The notes below the pieces were generated by a model, which was given only the letters and a program-made list of their open reading frames with translations, had not been told where the DNA came from and did not search any database. Made by a program: the position numbers and the translations under genes. Below, piece after piece: positions 59,428 through 64,000 of a DNA stretch of 64,000 nt. Each line of letters opens with the position of its first letter. The first letter of the stretch is position 1. Source of the stretch: Minisyncoccota bacterium (GTDB lineage: Bacteria > Patescibacteriota > Minisyncoccia > Phycocordibacterales > UBA9973); the NCBI GenBank assembly GCA_035403785.1, contig DAONFW010000005.1, forward strand, positions 3,045 to 67,044. The letters are read 5' to 3'.

Positions 59428-59510
59428 CCCGTTAGAAATATGTCGCAGTCAATAATAATTAAAATACTTTCCCGTTAAAATCTGCGACTGCGATTTCTAA
59501 CGGGATTCAT
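59423..59510 (-). mobile_element. Non-coding MITE-like copy of the same IR element, inserted at the pth start codon
   Basis: Perfect 14-bp IR 59426-59439 / 59493-59506; ATGAA duplicated on the minus strand (59510-59506 and 59427-59423). Confidence 0.78.
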
Positions 59511-59611
59511 ATTTTTAATAATAACAAAATTTTATCTCTTTTTCTGGCAACTTTTAACTAGACAATATATTATATGCTTGTGTCAATAGCTTTTTGTGAT
59601 AAAATAGTAGG

Positions 59612-60199
59612 ATGGAAAATGAAAAAAATTTAAAAGCAGAGGAAAAAGTAGAATCTACTGGGCGTTCATTATGGGAATTAGCACGCTTTGCGCTTCTTGC
59701 AATTGCGATAGTTGTTCCTATAAGGATTTTTATCGCTCAGCCGTTTGTAGTGTCAGGTTCTTCTATGTTCCCTACTTTTGAAGATAAGCAGTATTTAATC
59801 GTAGATGAAATTTCTTACAAATTAGGAAACATAAACAGAGGCGATGTTGTAATTTTTAAATATCCGTTAGATACAAAAAAATATTACATAAAAAGGATCA
59901 TTGGCTTACCAAACGAAATTGTTGATATAAAGAATGGAAAAGTAACTATCACAAACGAAGAAAATCCAGAAGGATTTGAAATAGATGACTCTTTCATAAA
60001 AAATATTTCAAAAGATATCGGACATTATGAATTACAAGATGACGAATATTTTGTCCTAGGAGACAACAGAACAAATAGTTCAGATTCTAGATTTTGGGGT
60101 CCTGTTCCAAAAAAATTACTAGTCGGTAGAGCATTTTTAAGATTACTACCAATATCCAAAGTAAGCGTATTCCCAGGTGAACATACATTATTAAATTAA
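59612..60199 (+). CDS. lepB: Signal peptidase I
   Basis: SGSSMFPT, RGDVVIF, YIKRIIGLP, GDNRTNSSDSR. Confidence 0.95.
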   Translation: MENEKNLKAEEKVESTGRSLWELARFALLAIAIVVPIRIFIAQPFVVSGSSMFPTFEDKQYLIVDEISYKLGNINRGDVVIFKYPLDTKKYYIKRIIGLPNEIVDIKNGKVTITNEENPEGFEIDDSFIKNISKDIGHYELQDDEYFVLGDNRTNSSDSRFWGPVPKKLLVGRAFLRLLPISKVSVFPGEHTLLN

Positions 60200-60241
60200 A
60201 ATAATTTATTTTTATTATTAAAATTAGAAGATAACTAAATT

Positions 60242-61564
60242 ATGAGTAAGACAACAAAAACAACTCCTAAAAAAACAGCTAAAAAACAAGACAAAAATTT
60301 CACGACACCAAAAGGCACCCGTGACATAATGAATCAGGAATATTATAACTTCCAAGGTTTTTTTGAAAAAGCACAAGAAGTTGCAGTTTATTACGGATTC
60401 AAGCCGATAGAAACTCCAATTTTAGAACAAGAAGAAGTGTTCACTTCTGGAATTGGCGAAGGCACAGATATTGTTGATAAAGAAATATATTCTCTCAAAA
60501 CAAAAGGCGGAGATCATTTGGCATTAAGACCCGAACACACTGCCCCACTCATGCGCTCTTATATAGAGCACGGCATGCAAAATCTTCCTCAGCCAGTGTT
60601 GTTTTACCAATATGGTCCAAGTTTTAGACACGATAATCCTCAAGCTGGAAGATACCGACAATTTTGGCAATTTGATTTAGACTCTTTAGGTAGTGATAAA
60701 AGTATCATGGATGCTTTGGTAATAAAAGCCGGAGTAAGTATTTTGAAAGAAGCTGGGGCTGAAAATATTTCTATAGACATAAATTCAATTGGAGATAAAG
60801 AATGTCGTGGCGCTTACATCAAAGAGCTTGTAAGTTATTACAAAAAACATCTTAAAGATTTACCTGCTGTAGATAGAGAAAGATTAAAGAAAAATCCATT
60901 GAGAATTTTAGATTCAAAAGATCCAAAAACAAAAGAAATTAATGAAGGCGCTCCTGATTCTGTCAGCTTTTTGTGTTCTTCATGTAAGAAGCATTTCAAA
61001 GAAGTCTTAGAATATTTAGAAGAAATGGGAATACCGTATAATATAAACAAAAATCTTGTACGCGGTTTGTCTTACTACACAAGAACAGTTTTTGAAGTGA
61101 TAGAAGAAAAAGGAACAGAAGAAGGCGGACCAATAGCAATTGCTGGTGGCGGAAGATATGATTATCTCGCAAAACAACTTGGTAGCAAAAAAGATATCCC
61201 AGCTGTTGGATTTTCAGTTGGTGTAGACAGGGTTGTTGCTGCCCCTTGGTATAAAAAACTTTCTCCAAGAATTATAAAAAAACCAAAAATATATTTCATT
61301 CAATTGGGAGCAGAGGCAAAACTAAAAAGTTTAAACATTATTGAAATATTAAGAAAAGCGCACATTCCAATAGCACAATCTTTATCGAAAGACAGTTTGG
61401 GTGCACAGTTGGCAATCGCAGAAAAACTACAAATTCCATATACTCTAATTTTTGGACAAAAAGAAGCATTAGAAGATTCTGTTATTGTTCGTGATATGTC
61501 TAATAGATCCCAAAACACAGTAAAATTGGCAAAACTTTTGGATTATCTAAAAGAACTGAAATAA
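60242..61564 (+). CDS. hisS: Histidyl-tRNA synthetase
   Basis: PKGTRD, LRPEHTA, GRYRQF, LVRGLSYY, GGGRYD. Confidence 0.96.
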   Translation: MSKTTKTTPKKTAKKQDKNFTTPKGTRDIMNQEYYNFQGFFEKAQEVAVYYGFKPIETPILEQEEVFTSGIGEGTDIVDKEIYSLKTKGGDHLALRPEHTAPLMRSYIEHGMQNLPQPVLFYQYGPSFRHDNPQAGRYRQFWQFDLDSLGSDKSIMDALVIKAGVSILKEAGAENISIDINSIGDKECRGAYIKELVSYYKKHLKDLPAVDRERLKKNPLRILDSKDPKTKEINEGAPDSVSFLCSSCKKHFKEVLEYLEEMGIPYNINKNLVRGLSYYTRTVFEVIEEKGTEEGGPIAIAGGGRYDYLAKQLGSKKDIPAVGFSVGVDRVVAAPWYKKLSPRIIKKPKIYFIQLGAEAKLKSLNIIEILRKAHIPIAQSLSKDSLGAQLAIAEKLQIPYTLIFGQKEALEDSVIVRDMSNRSQNTVKLAKLLDYLKELK

Positions 61565-61582
61565 AAAATAACAAACAATAAA

Positions 61583-62104
61583 ATGAAAGAAATAGTTCAA
61601 AGGGAGGAAAAAGTTCTACGCGAAATAGCAAAAGAAGTTCCAGTTAAAGATATCACTTCTCCTAAAATACAAAAAATCATAAAAGAAATGTCAGAGTCTT
61701 TAAAAACCCAAGATGACGGCGTGGCTATCGCGGCTCCACAAATTGGTTATGCATTAAGAATTTTTGTTATCGCTGGAAAAATGTTCCATAAAGATTTTAT
61801 TAGGGGCGAAGGAGTCCCAAAAGATGCAGTGCTTCCAAAAGATTTAGTTTTTATAAATCCAAAAATTTCTAAACTATCTCGTGAAAAAGAATGGATGCCA
61901 GAAGGTTGTCTTTCAGTAAGATGGGCATATGGCGAAGTATATAGATCAAAAAAAGCTACAGTAACAGCCTATGATGAACACGGAAAGAAATTTACCAGAG
62001 GCGCCAGTGGTTTGCTCGCTCAAGCTTTCCAACATGAAACTGACCACTTAAACGGAGTTTTGTTTATAGACAAAGCAGAAAATGTTAAAGAAGAAAATAT
62101 TTAA
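61583..62104 (+). CDS. def: Peptide deformylase
   Basis: GVAIAAPQIG, EGCLS, QHETDHLNG. Confidence 0.96.
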   Translation: MKEIVQREEKVLREIAKEVPVKDITSPKIQKIIKEMSESLKTQDDGVAIAAPQIGYALRIFVIAGKMFHKDFIRGEGVPKDAVLPKDLVFINPKISKLSREKEWMPEGCLSVRWAYGEVYRSKKATVTAYDEHGKKFTRGASGLLAQAFQHETDHLNGVLFIDKAENVKEENI

Positions 62105-62127
62105 TTAAAAAAAATTCTAAACACACT

Positions 62128-62159
62128 AAAAAACACTCAGGACTTCCTGAGTGTTTTTT
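62128..62159. terminator. Bidirectional terminator between def and the surface-protein gene
   Basis: aaaaacactcagg-actt-cctgagtgttttt perfect hairpin. Confidence 0.8.
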
Positions 62160-62176
62160 GGTTAGTTTTTAAAGTT

Positions 62177-64000
62177 TTAATTATTCAAACTATTTACAAG
62201 AGCTCTAGTGATAGGACCGAAGTATCCTACAGCTGGAGAGATTTTGTTTGCTAATTGGAATTTAATTAAAGCTTTTTGAGTAAGTGATCCGAATTTAGTT
62301 GTTTCATTACCTAGTGAACCTGCTCCTGTAGTAGATACTTGATAGCCATGAGTGTTTAAGAACTTTTGAAGTTCTTTTACTTCATTGTCTATCTGTAGGT
62401 ATTTTAAGTTCTTTGTGAATGTGAATTTAGGTGTAGTTGGAGCAGATGTTGTTCCACATGCTTTTCCTGTACTTGGGCTGTATAGATATCCTGGTAGACA
62501 GTCTGTGGGTGGTACAGAAGAGGTTGGGGTTGAAACAAATGGGTTATGTCCTGCAATGTAAGAGCCGGAGGTGGTGTGGTGAGGGATGGCAGGAGCTGGA
62601 GGAACTACAGGAATTACTTCATCAGCAGGAAGAATAATTAAAATTCCCGAAGTTCTTTGTACTTTGCTTCTGTCAAAAGTGACATTATTTAAAGTATTTG
62701 TTTTATCTGTAGTATCAGTGATTGCATTGTAGATACCTGAATTAATAGAACCACCAGTTACTGTGTTACTATCTGCAGATCCAGCAAAAGAGATACCATT
62801 AGCATTATCTGTAAAAATATTCGTATTCAAAGTATTAGAAGATGAAGTTCCATCTAAAACTATTCCTGAGTATGGACCATAAGCACTGTGCACTAAGCTA
62901 GGTTCTGTGGTTGATGCTAGAGTTACAGGATCCCCATCTGTTTCCACAACTACTCCATTTACTCCATTTGTAATTCCATTGTATATCCAAGTATCTCCAC
63001 TCTTTGTTAGAACATTTTGGAGGAGGGCTTCGGCGGTGGCGCCCTCACCAAGAGCTAATTCAAGAGTAGCTAAATTGGGGATCATTCCGTGAGGAAGAGC
63101 AGCTGTAAGTGGAACCGAAATATCACCTACGTGGATAAGTCCAAAATCAAAACCTCCTGCAGCTGCTCCAGCTGCTTCGATAAAATTAGTTATTGTATTA
63201 CTGTTAGCAGAAACAAGGCTTATGTTATTTTCAAAATCAGCAGCATAAAGGATAGTCGGTATTGTTATGGCGCCACCACCGAAATTCATCCCAATAGCAT
63301 CATAAACAACATCACCATATTTCATGGTGGAAACTCCTGCTAACCAATATCCTTCAGCTACTGCTCCATGACCTGAAATATTATTGGAGGAAATTGTATT
63401 ATTACTTGCATCATTCAAACAAATACCATTCTGTAAGTTAGAAGAAATAATATTAGTTTTTATTTGACTTCCTTTTATATTACTTAAACTAATTCCGCAA
63501 CTAATGTTAGAAGAAATCGTATTTTCTTCAATTGTATTATCATCAGATTGATCTAAATAAATTCCATTTCTTAAATTATCAGAAATAGTATTATTAGAAT
63601 TTATAATATTCTCATTTGAATTATTCAAATAAATTCCATCTCTTGAGTTATCAGAAATCGTATTAGAAGTTATAATATTTTCCATTGATGAATTTCTAAA
63701 ATCAATTCCATATTCATTATTATCACTAATAGTATTCTGATCTATTTCATTCGAACTTGAGTTATCAAAATAAATCCCCTGATTACTCCCAGAAATAGTG
63801 TTCAGAGTTAAATTATTTCCTGATGCTTGATAAAGATCAATCCCTCGATATTGGTTGTTATTAATAATATTATTACTAACAACAACCCCCGTGCTATAAC
63901 CATTTCCGTTTAAATTAATTCCAGTACCATTAAGGATAATATTATCAGAACTTATATTATTACCAACTTCATCTGAATCAAAAGCTGAAAAATAAATCCC
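62177..64000 (-). CDS. Large surface protein: parallel beta-helix (PbH1/NosD-like) repeats + C-terminal peptidoglycan-binding domain; 5' end outside window
   Basis: Frame stays open from 63685 to 64000 (GIYF..N.I..N repeats); C-terminus EVKELQKFLNTHG...FGSLTQKALIKFQ...GYFGPITR. Confidence 0.85.
   Translation of the reverse strand, partial: GIYFSAFDSDEVGNNISSDNIILNGTGINLNGNGYSTGVVVSNNIINNNQYRGIDLYQASGNNLTLNTISGSNQGIYFDNSSSNEIDQNTISDNNEYGIDFRNSSMENIITSNTISDNSRDGIYLNNSNENIINSNNTISDNLRNGIYLDQSDDNTIEENTISSNISCGISLSNIKGSQIKTNIISSNLQNGICLNDASNNTISSNNISGHGAVAEGYWLAGVSTMKYGDVVYDAIGMNFGGGAITIPTILYAADFENNISLVSANSNTITNFIEAAGAAAGGFDFGLIHVGDISVPLTAALPHGMIPNLATLELALGEGATAEALLQNVLTKSGDTWIYNGITNGVNGVVVETDGDPVTLASTTEPSLVHSAYGPYSGIVLDGTSSSNTLNTNIFTDNANGISFAGSADSNTVTGGSINSGIYNAITDTTDKTNTLNNVTFDRSKVQRTSGILIILPADEVIPVVPPAPAIPHHTTSGSYIAGHNPFVSTPTSSVPPTDCLPGYLYSPSTGKACGTTSAPTTPKFTFTKNLKYLQIDNEVKELQKFLNTHGYQVSTTGAGSLGNETTKFGSLTQKALIKFQLANKISPAVGYFGPITRALVNSLNN

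Noticed and set aside
62177-64000. Second DGR target (remote VR)
   Set aside because: Asn-rich repeats are beta-helix coils with no alignment to TR by eye; a computational search is still needed for the rest of the genome.

Overview
Low-GC bacterial chromosome segment using genetic code 11. Gene content (split transketolase, paired TraD/VirD4-like ATPases, Cys-rich CPR-type protein, PaaX-like protein, short AlaRS, many TANNNT-N6-9-ATG starts) suggests a Patescibacteria/CPR (Parcubacteria-like) genome; this is an inference. Most of the window is housekeeping: trpS, dnaB, recR, rplU, cysS, metK with a SAM-I riboswitch, dnaJ/dnaK/grpE, the infA to rpsI ribosomal block, alaS, mnmA, mltG, typA, an ECF sigma module, a pentose-phosphate/gap cluster, rsmE, dnaE, pth, lepB, hisS and def. 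Two accessory systems stand out. (1) A complete diversity-generating retroelement (DGR) lies between cysS and metK: target gene with VR, hairpin, avd, TR and RT. Of 22 TR/VR mismatches, 21 fall at TR adenines, and a (TA)10 tract sits in the putative upstream promoter. (2) A family of small inverted-repeat elements (ATCCCGTTAGARAT...ATYTCTAACGGGAT) is present. Two copies sit exactly at the ATGAA start of apparently leaderless housekeeping genes (rsmE, pth) with ATGAA duplicated. One carries only a GIY-YIG nuclease gene and the other is an empty MITE-like copy. This is the best candidate for an undescribed system. All calls were made by eye with no database searches.
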